From NCBI GenBank assembly GCA_032718475.1, contig JAUCBJ010001654.1, positions 32,241 to 96,240 on the forward strand: a stretch of DNA of 64,000 bases, written 5' to 3'. This document shows positions 13,001 through 25,252 of this stretch, piece after piece. The DNA comes from Nemertoderma westbladi (lineage: Eukaryota; Animalia; Xenacoelomorpha). The notes under the pieces were generated by a model. It ran no database searches and was not told the origin of the DNA. It saw only the letters and a list, made by a program, of their open reading frames with translations. The first letter of the stretch is position 1; the number at the start of each line of letters is the position of its first letter. The position numbers and the translations under genes are program-made.

Positions 13001-15692
13001 AACATTGAACCCAAAGATGTTTTTCTTGAGAACATTGAACCCGAAGTTGTTTTCCGGTTGTTTTTCTCGAGAACATTGAACCCAACGTTGTTTTTCTCAA
13101 GAACATTGAACCCAACACTGTTTTTTTGTTGTTTATTACATGAGAACATTGAACCCAAAGATGTTTTTCTTGAGAACATTGAACCCGAAGTTGTTTTCCG
13201 GTTGTTTTTCTCGAGAACATTGAACCCAACGTTGTTTTTCTCGAACACTGAACCCAACATTGTTTTCCTGTTGTTTTTCTCGAGAACATTGAACCCAACT
13301 TTGTTTTTCTCGAGAACATTGAACCCGAAGTTGTTTTCCGGTTGTTTTTCTCGAGAACATTGAACCCAACGTTGTTTTTCTCAAGAACATTGAACCCGAC
13401 ACTGTTTTTTTGTTGTTTATTACATGAGAACATTGAACCCAAATATGTTTTTCTTGAGAACATTGAACCCGAAGTTGTTTTCCGGTTGTTTTTCTCGAGA
13501 ACATTGAACCCAACTTTGTTTTCCAGTTGTTTTTCTCGAACATTGAACCCAACCTTGTTTTCCTGTTGTAATTACTCAAGAACATTGAACCCAACACTGT
13601 TTTCCTGTTGTTTTTCTCGAGAACATTGAACCCGAAGTTGTTTTCCGGTTGTTTTTCTCGAACACTGAACCCAACACTGTTTTTTTGTTGTTTATTGCAT
13701 GAGAACATTGAACCCAAAGATGTTTTTCTTGAGAACATTGAACCCGAAGTTGTTTTCCGGTTGTTTTTCTCGAGAACATTGAACCCAACTTTGTTTTCCA
13801 GTTGTTTTTCTCGAACATTGAACCTAACGCTGTTTCCTGTTGTAATTACTCAAGAACATTGAACCCAACACTTTTTCTCGAGAACATTGAACCCAACTTT
13901 GTTTTCCAGTTGTTTTTCTCGAACATTGAACCTAACGCTGTTTTCCTGTTGTAATTACTCAAGAACATTGAACCCAACGCTGTTTTCCTGTTGTAATTAC
14001 TCGAGAACAACCCAAAGTTGTTTTTCTCGAACACTTATCCCAAAGTTGTTATCCTTCTGTTTTTCTCGAACACTTAACCTAACGTTGTTATCCTTTTGTT
14101 TTTCTCGAGAATATTGAACCCAAAGTTGTTTTCCGGTTGTTTTCTCGAGAACATTGAACCCAACTTTGTTTTCCAGTTATTTTTCTCGAACACTGAACCC
14201 AACGCTGTTTTCCTGTTGTAATTACTCGAGAACATTGAACCCAACGTTGTTTTCCTGTTGTTTTTCTTGAGAACATTGAACCCAAAGTTGTTTTCCTGTT
14301 GTTTTTCTCAAGAACATTGAACCTAACTTTGTTTTCCAGTTATTTTTCTCGAACACTGAACCCAACGCTGTTTTCCTGTTGTAATTACTCGAGAACATTG
14401 AACCCAACGTTGTTTTCCTGTTGTTTTTCTCGAGAACATTGAACCCAGCGTTGTTTTCCGGTTGTTTTTCTCGAGAACATTGAACCCAACGTTGTTTTCC
14501 GGTTGTTTTTCTCGAGAACATTGAACCCAACTTTGTTTCCCAGTTATTGTTTCTCGAACACTGAACCCAACGCTGTTTTCCTGTTGTAATTACTCGAGAA
14601 CATTGAACCCAACGTTGTTTTCCTGTTGTTTTTCTCGAGAACATTGAACCCAAAGTTGTTTTCCTGTTGTTTTTCTCGAGAACATTGAACCCAACGTTGT
14701 TTTCCTGTTATTTTTCTCGAGAACACTGAACCCAAAGTTGTTTTCCTGTTGTTTTTCTCGAGAACATTGAACCCAAAGTTGTTTTCCTGTTGTTTTTCTC
14801 GAGAACATTGAACCCAAAGTTGTTTTCCTGTTGTTTTTCTCGAGAACATTGAACCCAAAGTTGTTTTCCGGTTGTTTTTCTCGAGAACATTGAACCCAAC
14901 TTTGTTTTTCGCGAACACTTAACCCAACGTTGTTATCCTTTTGTTTTTCACGAGAACATTGAACCCAACTTTGTTTTTCTCGAGAACATTGAACCCAAAG
15001 TTGTTTTCCTGTTGTTTTTCTCGAGAACACTGAACCCAACATTGTTTTCCTGTTGTTTTTCTCAAGAACATTGAACCCAAAGTTGTTTTCCGGTTGTTTT
15101 TCTCGAGAACATTGAACCCAACGTTGTTTTTCTCGAACACTGAACCCAACATTGTTTTCCTGTTGTTTTTCACGAGAACACTGAACCCAACATTGTTTTC
15201 CTGTTGTTTTTCTCAAGAACATTGAACCCAACATTGTTTTTCTCGAGAACATTCAACCCAACGTTGTTTTTCTCGAACACTGAACCCAAAGTTGTTTTCC
15301 TGTTGTTTTTCTCAAGAACATTGAACCCAACATTGTTTTTCTCGAGAACATTCAACCCAACGTTGTTTTTCTCGAACATTGAACCCAAAGTTGTTTTCCT
15401 GTTGTTTTTCTCGAGAACATTGAACCCAACTTTGTTTTTCTCGAGAACATTCAACCCAACGTTGTTTTTCTCGAACACTGAACCCAAAGTTGTTTTCCTG
15501 TTGTTTTTCTCGAGAACATTGAACCCAACTTTGTTTTTCTCGAGAACATTCAACCCAACGTTGTTTTTCTCGAACACTGAACCCAACATTGTTTTCCTGT
15601 TGTTTTTCTCGAGAACATTGAAACCAAAGTTGTTTTCCGGTTGTTTTTCTCGACAACATTGAACCCAACGCTGTTTTTCTCAAGAACATTTC
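1086..15692. repeat. Satellite 1: ~14.6-kb tandem array of ~30-43-bp monomers sharing the core GAACATTGAACCC
   Basis: A 30-mer (1171-1200 gagaacattgaacccaactttgtttttctc), a 41-mer (1201-1241) and 39/42/43-bp variants alternate. Recurrent ORF-track offsets show higher-order periods (253, 1480 and 1640 bp). Confidence 0.98.
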
Positions 15693-17925
15693 CACTTTTC
15701 CATTTTCCCAACGTTGTTTTCATGTTGTTGTTGCCGTCTAATATTTTGCCATAATTTTAAGTGCTTTATATTTTCTAGTTTTCCTTACTCAGGGGAATTT
15801 CCTATTTAATTAGAAAAATAACTAATTTAATTCTTAAGTTGTTACATTTTTGTCCGAATATACCAAAACAGGAGAAATATGAGTTTGTAGGAGCTTTTCT
15901 TCCACATGGACAGCAAGGACATGATACAATACGAAATCGGATTTTCGTATTTCGTATTGCATTTTTTTTTCATTTATGGAGGCATTTTCTTACACTCGAG
16001 GCCTTTACTACAATTACTACAACAATCTAGAACAGTTTGGTTTTATGTGTAACTACGCTTGACTATTATTGCATGAGATTATAACATAACGTGTACCAAA
16101 AGTTTTTTTTGGCAAAAATTAATTTTAACACATTTATTTCATTTTGTAAAATTGTTATTAATTATTATTACCAATAATATCCACCGCGGCTGGATATTTA
16201 TTTATTGCCATATTGTTTCGTCAGTAGTTTCGTTTGATATTTTCTGAATATATTTGTTTGATATTTTTTTTATGTAGCTTAACTTTAGCTATAATGTTAT
16301 GTTATTGTATAGCGTTAAGGTTGTTATACTACATTATTAGTCCATGAATTAGTACAGTATATATGGATATTTGATATGGTGCCGTTTACATTTGTACTGT
16401 TTATTGTTTTCATTATACGTACTGTAATAGAGGTAGGCTACTCCTACTGTAGACTGTAGAGGGTGTCGTATAGTCAATTGGGGTGAGGGTGGAGTTACAA
16501 ATACCTTTATTCTACAAAGTTGCCTTTTTTACCAACGCATTCATCACTGACGTTTGGGGAATAAAGATTGGATTTTATTTCCACAAATTCAAAGTGGCAA
16601 AGGGGATCGATGCAAATAACAGCTGATTAAACTCAAAAATGAAACTGTATATAACTGTTCCATTGATAATTTAACATCGAGGCGAGATATAAATGTGATT
16701 TGCGCCAAGTCCATGACTGCAATAAATTATTGAATGCGTGATGTCGACGCTGTGATACTATCGGTGTAATAATGGTTTATTGCGAGCAACAGGGGGTGAA
16801 AAAAGAAATATGGCCAAGGTGAAAAAGTAATAATGGGAAGGTTTAAGGTAATAAAGAGAAATTAATAAAAGGCAATTTTATGGAATATAATTATGCACTT
16901 CAAGAAAAAAAACATCTCGGGGTCATAGGGAAAAAATATTACTTGTTTACTTCGAAATATATATAATATTTCTCGAACATTATAAAGATATCTGACTTGT
17001 TTTATACGATACGAAATTGCTTTTGTATAAATTTTTAGTAAATTTAAAACTGTCAAATATTGTATGAAGGCCCACATAACTTCTAACCAATGCTCGCGTA
17101 AAAATTAAAGAAATTATGCAGCACCTATTCTAAATCTTTGAGGAAAAATATTTTTTGTATATTTATGGTAAAAAATAATGTAGGCCTATTATTTTATAAA
17201 CGACTGTACTGATGAGTTTACGGAAGAATCAAACACCATAAACTAATATAAAAACCCGTGAAAGTCACAATAACCTAATGGTTTACATAAATTTACCACA
17301 CAAGAAAACGGTGTTTTTTCTTATTTTCACCCTAAATGTTAAATTCAGAGAATTCGTCAATAATTTGTCTAATTTCACTGCTGTGCATTATAGCATTGCC
17401 TTAATAATATTACTATGTATAATTATTATCTAGTATAGGCCTACTGTTGCATCAATTATTTTATGTAACTTCAATTTTGTGCTTGTAATGGTAGCAAGTT
17501 ATATTGTTTATATTTGGAAATATAACATAATGAATAGACAGTCTATAATGTATTTATTTATTTATTATAAAACTGTATTACGTTTGATTTTTTAGAATTT
17601 TATCAGGTCACGAAATGAAAAATAGTCTTACAGATCTCAGCCCCATCAGGATTCTCAGAGTAGTGGTCGTGACCCATTATCATTATCCTGTACAATACAT
17701 CTAGGATCCATCCCCCCCCCCCCCCCCCCCCCCCCCAAACCCGCATTTCTACGCTCGGCATACTCAAGCGCTTTTATTATTATTACCCCAGCAAAGCGCC
17801 TGGTTCCCATTATACCACTGGGTTGGCGTCTGAAGGCCTAATGTCTAAAGTGTCTTGCACAACAGTGCAAAATTTATACAGCCTTTAGTCGGATTCGTTG
17901 TTTCTGACATTGAACCTTAACCTTG

Positions 17926-18510
17926 TTAGATAGATATAGATAGATTTATTTATACATTATGTAAAAACAATAACAAATACACCAAACAATGTACCGGTAT
18001 AAAGGTATTGTCCAACATAACATATAGGATTACCCCTAAAGCTTTGCAGCTTATTTCCAAGGGGGTCCTTTATGTTACTTGGTTACAAATACAATATTAC
18101 ACTACGCTAACCTAAAACCAATATAAAACGTAATTACACTATGTACATGTACAACTTTACCGAGAGCGTGACAATGCCCGACTCAACGATAAAGATGTAA
18201 TGTACAGAACAATTTATTATAAAACGTAATTACACTACGTACATGTACAACTTTACCGAGAGCGTGACAATGCCCGACTCAACGATAAAGATGTAATGTA
18301 CAGAACAATTTATTATAAAACGTAATTACAGTATAAATAGTAAATAATTAATAAACTAATAACTTACTGTAGGACTATTGTACCTATTTTTACATTGCAC
18401 ACGGAGGTGAGATTTAACTGCAGATTTAAAAGAATATTGATTATTTAGGTTTTTAATTTCATTAGGCAGAGCGTTCCAATTTTTTATGCCGTTAAAAAAG
18501 AAAGTATCGG
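17926..18510 (-). mobile_element. 5'-truncated CR1/L2-group LINE 3' end
   Basis: Minus strand reads DTFFFNGIKNWNALPNEIKNLNNQYSFKSAVKSHL, a typical CR1/L2 ORF2 C-terminus. It is followed by a 3'UTR with a ~95-bp tandem duplication (18125-18330), then AATAAA and a (TCTA)-type tail near 17926-17950. Confidence 0.75.
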
Positions 18511-18746
18511 TTGGTTGTTTGGATTTTCCTCCCATGTGGGCTGATTGCCCGGTGCCATTGGCGGCATTGTTGGCGTCAACCTGCTGATTGATATGTATTG
18601 GAATCAGAGCAGTAGGCCTTCTGCCTCAAGAGGGTCCGAATTGTAGCCTTATCAGCTACACATTCGGCCGCCTTACCGTTGTGTTTTAGAGTAGGAACTC
18701 AGTCTGTGCCTCAATGAGGGCACCTCGGTATAAAGGTAGGCCTACT

Positions 18747-18882
18747 GTTATGGCATACATATGGTATTTTTATTAATAACTAATAAGTAAGTTAGGGACA
18801 TAAATAAGTTCAAGAGCGATGTAAATAAATTCAAGACCGACATAATTAATCAAGAATAAAAATACCATATGTATGCCATAAC
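18747..18882. repeat. 136-bp hairpin/MITE-like inverted repeat
   Basis: gttatggcatacatatggtatttttatt (18747-18774) and its perfect reverse complement (18855-18882); no clear TSD. Confidence 0.65.
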
Positions 18883-20392
18883 CAGCAGCTTGTGTTTCTA
18901 TCGTTGAGTTGATGGCAATTATCATGTTTTCATTTTCGCTCACTCATGGTACTGGTTTGAGGGGCAGGTACGTTTAAAGCCAGCTTGCTGGCTTTCTAGT
19001 ACTGTAGTATTAATTAATACAGTCAGACAGTAATACCTGTTTCTACAGCAAAATCGTCTGCTATGCTGTCTGCGTCTGGCAGTTCACAGTTCAGCAGTTA
19101 GACAGGTCAGCAGGTTGATCTACCGTACTGCTGTGCTGTCATGTCATCTGCCTGTCTGTACTGTACCGGTACCGTGGAGAGTACCGTTTACTGGTTTACA
19201 TCCCAGCATCCTGATAGTCGACCGTGTATCACTTTACTGCAGTATCGTACTTTAGGCTGTTAGGCAGTTAGGTGTTACGTTAGCGAGCCCCTTTAGACAT
19301 TAGCTGATTACGGATTAGTGTTAGTCTGTTAGTGCTACACCAACCTGCCAACCCAGCCTGCCAGCGGTATAATGGCTGGGAACCTGGCCTTGCCAGTGCC
19401 AGTGCGGCTTGCGGGGCAAGAAAATAATGCAGGTCTGATCCTGATCTGCTCTGCTGATAAGAAAGACGGAATGATTTACCGGTATAGCATATAGGCAGGT
19501 ACTTTATAATCTGATAATCTGAATACTGCCAGACAGCTGTCAGGCTGTAGCCTACTGCTACTGCCAGACTGCAGTTACTGTAATACAGCTGTGCAGTACC
19601 GGTACTGCAGTACAGCATGCAGCAATTAGGCCTAATAAAACAGTACCGGTGCCTATTGCAGTATTGCCTAGCGGTATTATCTGATTATACTGTTATATGG
19701 GTCCTACGAATTACCGGTACCAAAAAAACACAATATTACCCAAAAAAACACAAAAAATTACACAAAAAAACACAATATTACCCAAAAAAAAGTTATAGTT
19801 CATATCCGTACCGATGGTATTTTCGTATTGCAAAAATAAGACTATAAGTACTGAAGTATGAAATACCCTAGGCCTATGTTATTCAGTTATTGAGATAATG
19901 TTTATTGTTTTGGTTAGAAAAGCCCACCACTGTAACCTGCTCCTTTCCGTTAATTAAGTAATGGAGATTAGTTTATTGTTTTGGTTAGAAAACACCACCA
20001 CTGTAACACCATCGGCAGATCGGTACGCACGCATATGAACGATAACCCAAAAAACTACCTACCCCAAAAAGACAAAAAAAAATGTTTTTCATAAACAATG
20101 TACCGGTACCTACAATAAGATTTAGGTTAGGCCTAATTGTAAGAAGAGTTTCACTTTTCAGTTTTCAATTTTCACTTTTTTCAAAATATTACATTTTGTT
20201 CATTTGAAGATTCCTTTAATGACCTACTGCCACCGGTTTACCGGTAAGCCTACCCACCCAGACTGCCAGACAGCATACAAAATCAGATTTCTTAATTAAT
20301 GGAAAGGAGCAGGTTACAGTAGCAGGCTTTTCTAACCAAAACAATAAACGATAACCAAAGACAGAAAGAACACAGGTTCCAGTCTTATTTTT

Positions 20393-22205
20393 GAGGTAGA
20401 ATAAAACGTCTGTCCTTATCTGATCTGATCTGATCTGATCTGACAGCATCTGATTCTATAACCAATCAGGAGAAAGAGATATAATATTTACCTAACTGTC
20501 TGTTAGGTAAATAGCCAATAGCTGAATAGGGGATCACGTTTCAGGTTGGCTGTTACGTATCAGTATCATGAAGTAGCAGTACAGGCATATCGGTATGCAT
20601 CTAAATGCACAAAGGCATGTTATTATATATTAATAATGCGATATACAGTACAGTAGGATGAAGGATAGTGGGTATGAAAGTTGTGTGATTGTCCCAGCAA
20701 GATGGATAGTTTCACATGTAAACAACTTTCGTAGATTTAGTCTGTTAGTTGGTGTTGAAACATTAAACTTTTATTAAAAACAATACAGCATTTGCTGCAA
20801 TATTTTTTTCGTAAATCTTTCTTGTTAATAGTTAACATTATTAATAGTTAAAGTTAATTATATTAATTATAATTAATATTATTAATTAAGTACGGTAATG
20901 ATTCTTATTAATATATTACATTTAAAATATGTATGAAATTTAAGAATTTTATTAATTTTACTATTTATTAAAGAATATGGGAAGGTGGATGGGAATGTGG
21001 GAATTTATAAACACTTATTACCTTCCAATTGAAGGAAAAGAGCAGGTTATAGCGGCTGTAATTTCTAACCAAAACAATAAACGACGTTGTTACCTACAAA
21101 TTGAGGGAAAGGAGCAGGTTACCGAGACAGGGTTTTCTAACCAAAACAATAAACGATTTTGTTACCTACCAATTGAGGGAAAGGAGAATATGTTACCGCG
21201 GCGGCTTGTTTACACAGTTATACCCGTCACCTTCTTACTAACCGTCCTACTGACTGATCAATAGATCATCCCCCTCAAAAAATAAAGGACATCGCGCACG
21301 CGCATAAAACAATTAAAGATAATAAAGATTAATAAGATAGATAATATAGATTAATAATAATATAGATTAATAAAGATAAATTTAATAAAAAATATCGACC
21401 AATAAAAAATCGACCGAAAAATGAAATCCTGGCAGCCTGGTATTCTTCACATGGGCGAAGAATACCAGACTTTCTGCCGTTCTATTTCACTTTGCAGTTA
21501 CCCCCATGTGAAGAATACCAGGTTTTCATCAAAAACACAGGTTACAGAAGGGCTGAATATAACCAAAACCGATAAACGAATTAGTATATGTGCAGGTTAT
21601 AAGACATAAATAAGCTCTATAATACACTCAATAAAGATAAATTAAAAAAGAATTAAAATCTTCAAATATAAAATTCCAATAAAAGTCGACCGAAAAGTGA
21701 AATCCTGGTATTCTTCACATGGGCGGTATTCTTCACATGGACCGACTGACCGACACCAAAATTTGGCACCAGCCGCTAAAAACAAATTTAAAATTTTTAG
21801 CTTATTTTATTTGAATTCCTTTTAGTTCGTTTCAGTTAGTCTTTTAGTTAGTATCGTTAGTTTCAGAGCGGGAAGTATTATATTGACACCCCCCCCCCCC
21901 CCCGGGTTTAAGGGGAATACCGGGGAAACTTCACATGCTGACATAGGCAGAAAGTCCAGTACTCATTTAGCTACCATTTAAGGATGCAAGGCAGAGATGC
22001 CTCGCAAAACCCTTCAAAACATTCGTGCCGAAACGAAAACTACCTTGGCCCCATGCCGGGGTTGAACCCACAACCTCTGACCTCCGAGAGATGTGAATTC
22101 AATATAACCACTACACCAAGGTGCGCTCTGAACCAAGGTGGAACAAGTGTCAGATACCGTCAGATCAGATCAGATCAGATAAGGACAGACGTTTTAGCCA
22201 TCCTA
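20393..22205. mobile_element. Non-autonomous TIR element copy A (MULE-like, 9-bp TSD)
   Basis: Ends gaggtagaataaaacgtctgtccttatctgatctgatc... and ...gatcagataaggacagacgttttagccatccta form a long inverted repeat with imperfect outermost bases; flanked by cttattttt at 20384-20392 and 22206-22214. Confidence 0.75.
21871..22128 (-). mobile_element. tRNA-derived SINE carried inside element A
   Basis: Minus-strand A box TGGTGTAGTGG (22108-22118) and B box GGTTCAACCCC (22058-22068), ~40 nt apart; second copy at ~27961-28160. Confidence 0.65.
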
Positions 22206-22733
22206 CTTATTTTTGAGGTAGAATAAAACGTCTGTCCTTATCTGATCTGATCTGACGGCATCTGATCCTATAACCAATCAGGAGAAATAGGTAAATAGGC
22301 AATAGGGCTGATCAGGTTGCCATGTTATGTATCAGTATCATCATATGACAGAGCAGTAGGCAGGTAGGCCTTCAGACATACCGGTATGCAGCCAATGCAG
22401 CAAACAGGCAAAGGCATGTTAAAAATGCGATATACAGTACGATGAAGGATGGCGGGTATGAAATGAGATGTCTTACATTTTATATGGCTTATGTACAATG
22501 TTAATAAAAAACTTCAACTTCAAAGTTCTGTGATTGCCCCAGCAAACATGGATAGTTTCAGATGTAAACAACTTTCGCAGATGTAGTCGGTGTTGAAACA
22601 TTAATCATTTTATTAAAAACAATACCTGAATACAGCCTTTCTGCCTTTGCTGCAATATTTTAGTAATCTTTCTTGTTAATAGTTTATTAATAGGCCTAAT
22701 TAAAGTTAATTATTTTATTTATAATATTATTAC

Positions 22734-23619
22734 TAGGGCTCGATCGGAGTTCCGGCTCCGGCTCCGGCCGGAGTTTCTTACATCCGGCTCCGAACCGGAG
22801 TGAGTTAGAAAAATCACCGGAGCCGGAGTTTTTTTAATAATGTATGTTTTATATTAATGTACATAATATATAGGCTAGTATAGGCAGATAGGCATATGGC
22901 AGCAGTATATTCCAGTGTATGGTACTCCAATCTGCCAATAGCCTGCTCCAGCTGTCCAGAACCGGTAGTACTGCAGTACTGTACTGTCTGACTGTACTAC
23001 TTTGATACTACTATCAGACTGTTATTCAGTTATTACAGTATTACTATACTACAGTAGACTGGCTGACTGGTAGAGCAGTGTAATAGGCTGATAGGCCTAC
23101 TAAACAACTTAGATTTACTGGCAGGCTGGTAATGGTGACTGGTAGTACTACAGTAGCAGTAGCTGAGTAGTACCGGTACTACTTCCTGACTTCTGTACTC
23201 ACTGACTTAATCTAATTCCGGAACTCAGAACTGCTGTACTGGTAGCGGTAGGCCTACGACCTGGCAGCTTGAATACACAGTCTGACAATCCCGCACCTCA
23301 AGCTACTGTACTACTACCTGACTACAGTACTATACATGTATACAGCTATATGTACTATAATTCTGGAAGGGGAATGGACTGAGAATGATGCAAGGAGTTC
23401 TGTTCGCGACCAGGATATAAGTACCAACGACGGCGACCCGGTGCCCGGATATGAGTACCGACGACGGCGACCCTGATATGAGTACTAACGACGGCGACCC
23501 GGCCCGGATATAGGGAAAATACACATAGGGAAAGAAACTCCGGCTCCGGTCAAACTCCGGCAATTTTTTTTCCACTCCGGCTCCGGCTCCGGCAAAATAA
23601 AAACTCCGATCGAGCCCTA
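22734..23619. mobile_element. hAT-family MITE
   Basis: TIR tagggctcgatcggagtt / aactccgatcgagcccta, perfect 8-bp TSD attattac (22726-22733, 23620-23627), subterminal (ctccgg)n repeats. Confidence 0.92.
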
Positions 23620-24165
23620 ATTATTACATTTAAAATATTTATTGTTTGTTTGTTACGCTAAAGGGAAGGCAGGAAGAGGTACAGTACTGCAGTCTGGCAG
23701 TACTGTACCTCTGTACAGTACTGTTACTGCCGAATATGGCGAAACACTTTAACATTCCCCATATTGCCCTGATTGCCAGCTGATACAGTGGAGTTTATTA
23801 TACCCAAACGATGACGGAAGATGGTAAGGTAGGTGGGAAGGTGGGAATCAAACGATGTTTTTAACCTTCCAATTGAAGGAAAAGAGCAGGTTACAGCGGC
23901 GGCAATTTCTAACCAAAACAATAAACGATGTTGTTGAAAATTTCACCCACTGCCGAAAAATACAAGTTTCAGAATTCTTATGCAATTTTTACATATTCCA
24001 TTGAATTCAGAACCCTCACAAATCCGTATAACGCAAGAAACCCCATATATTTCCGAAAAATACAAGTTTGAGATGTATAGTTCATAGTTGTTAGATAAAT
24101 ATTTATTCCGTTAAATTCAGAGCCCCCTTAACCCTGCAGCCCTGCCCCGGTATGGTAAAAAATTA

Positions 24166-25248
24166 TCCTTCACCGGTAACGTGGGGTATTTTTATACCCC
24201 AAATTGATAAGACATTTTAAGTAACATTAAACAGAAAAACACTTGCAATCCCCCTCCCAGAATTTGCCAAATGGTGAAAAAATAAGTTGTGAATTTGTTT
24301 TTTCAATTTGGTTGAAGTCTACCCAACGCTCAATGCCACAAAAGTTATCCCACTACAATCGCGATCATCGTTAACGTCGCGATGGGGCGTTTTGCAACAA
24401 GATATTATCATAGTCAATAGTGAAGCATTAGCTGTGAGAGTGTTTCTCATTTTAGGTTTTTTAGTGGTGTTATGGGTCAAGTATACCATTGCAGTTCCAA
24501 GATGCATAAAATGAGTCAAATACCACCACTGAAACTCAACAAGGTGAAATATATATATATATATATACAGATATATACAGATAGGCCCTATATCACCTCG
24601 CAATAGCAGAAGATCTTGAATTGTAATATGAAATATACACCATGACTGCAAAAGTACTGATGATTTGGTCATAAAATGTGATTATTGTCAAACTAAATTA
24701 TACATTATTGCAGTTACAATGAAACCAAAATGAGACCCAAAAGGACAGAACACCACTAAGAAAGCCTGCAATAAGAATTATTCACATATACTTAGCAATC
24801 TATCGCATATCGCGATTAGGCCGAAGTCTTGGCTTGTGAAATACAGGCCATACACAATACCAGAATACAGTAGCTTCATAATACTGATAATTTGGTCTTA
24901 AAAGTCAAAGTTAAAACATGCCTCTAGCTGTCTAGCAGTCTAGTACAACTAAATCGACCATTGGGGTTCCAATGACACCAAAATGAGTCACAAAGTTCCA
25001 CTAAACCAGCACCATAACGTTATGGGGTATTTTTATACCCCATCTTACCTAACTAAGTTGTTTTCAAATTAAAGGCCCATAACATTTTTCATAAACAAAA
25101 TTTTATGGGTTTGACCCACAGAATCGTTAGATTACAAGTTTTTTGGAAGATACTATGAAGCTGGACATACATAATATGAGAGATTGTCGAAAAATATCAA
25201 AATTAATCCCCTTGGGGTATTATTTTACCCCACGTTACCGGGGAAGGG
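24166..25248. mobile_element. piggyBac-like MITE
   Basis: Left tccttcaccggtaacgtggggta matches right taccccacgttaccggggaaggg followed by TTAA (25249-25252); left TTAA is degenerate. Confidence 0.65.
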
Positions 25249-25252
25249 TTAA

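Noticed and set aside
1086-15692. CRISPR-like constant repeat plus variable spacer appearance
   Set aside because: Linkers are a few recurring related types rather than unique spacers; no cas genes; eukaryotic context.
953-15695. Dozens of overlapping ORFs (RTLNPTLFFS / MGSMFSRKT types)
   Set aside because: Translations of satellite 1 in all frames with constant frame switching; not genes.
17712-17736. Poly-C tract as a functional G-quadruplex element
   Set aside because: Simple homopolymer; similar runs at ~21888, ~27945 and ~42110; no supporting context.
22050-22128. tRNA gene
   Set aside because: A and B boxes are present, but no convincing cloverleaf; it continues into a SINE-like body and is duplicated with decay.
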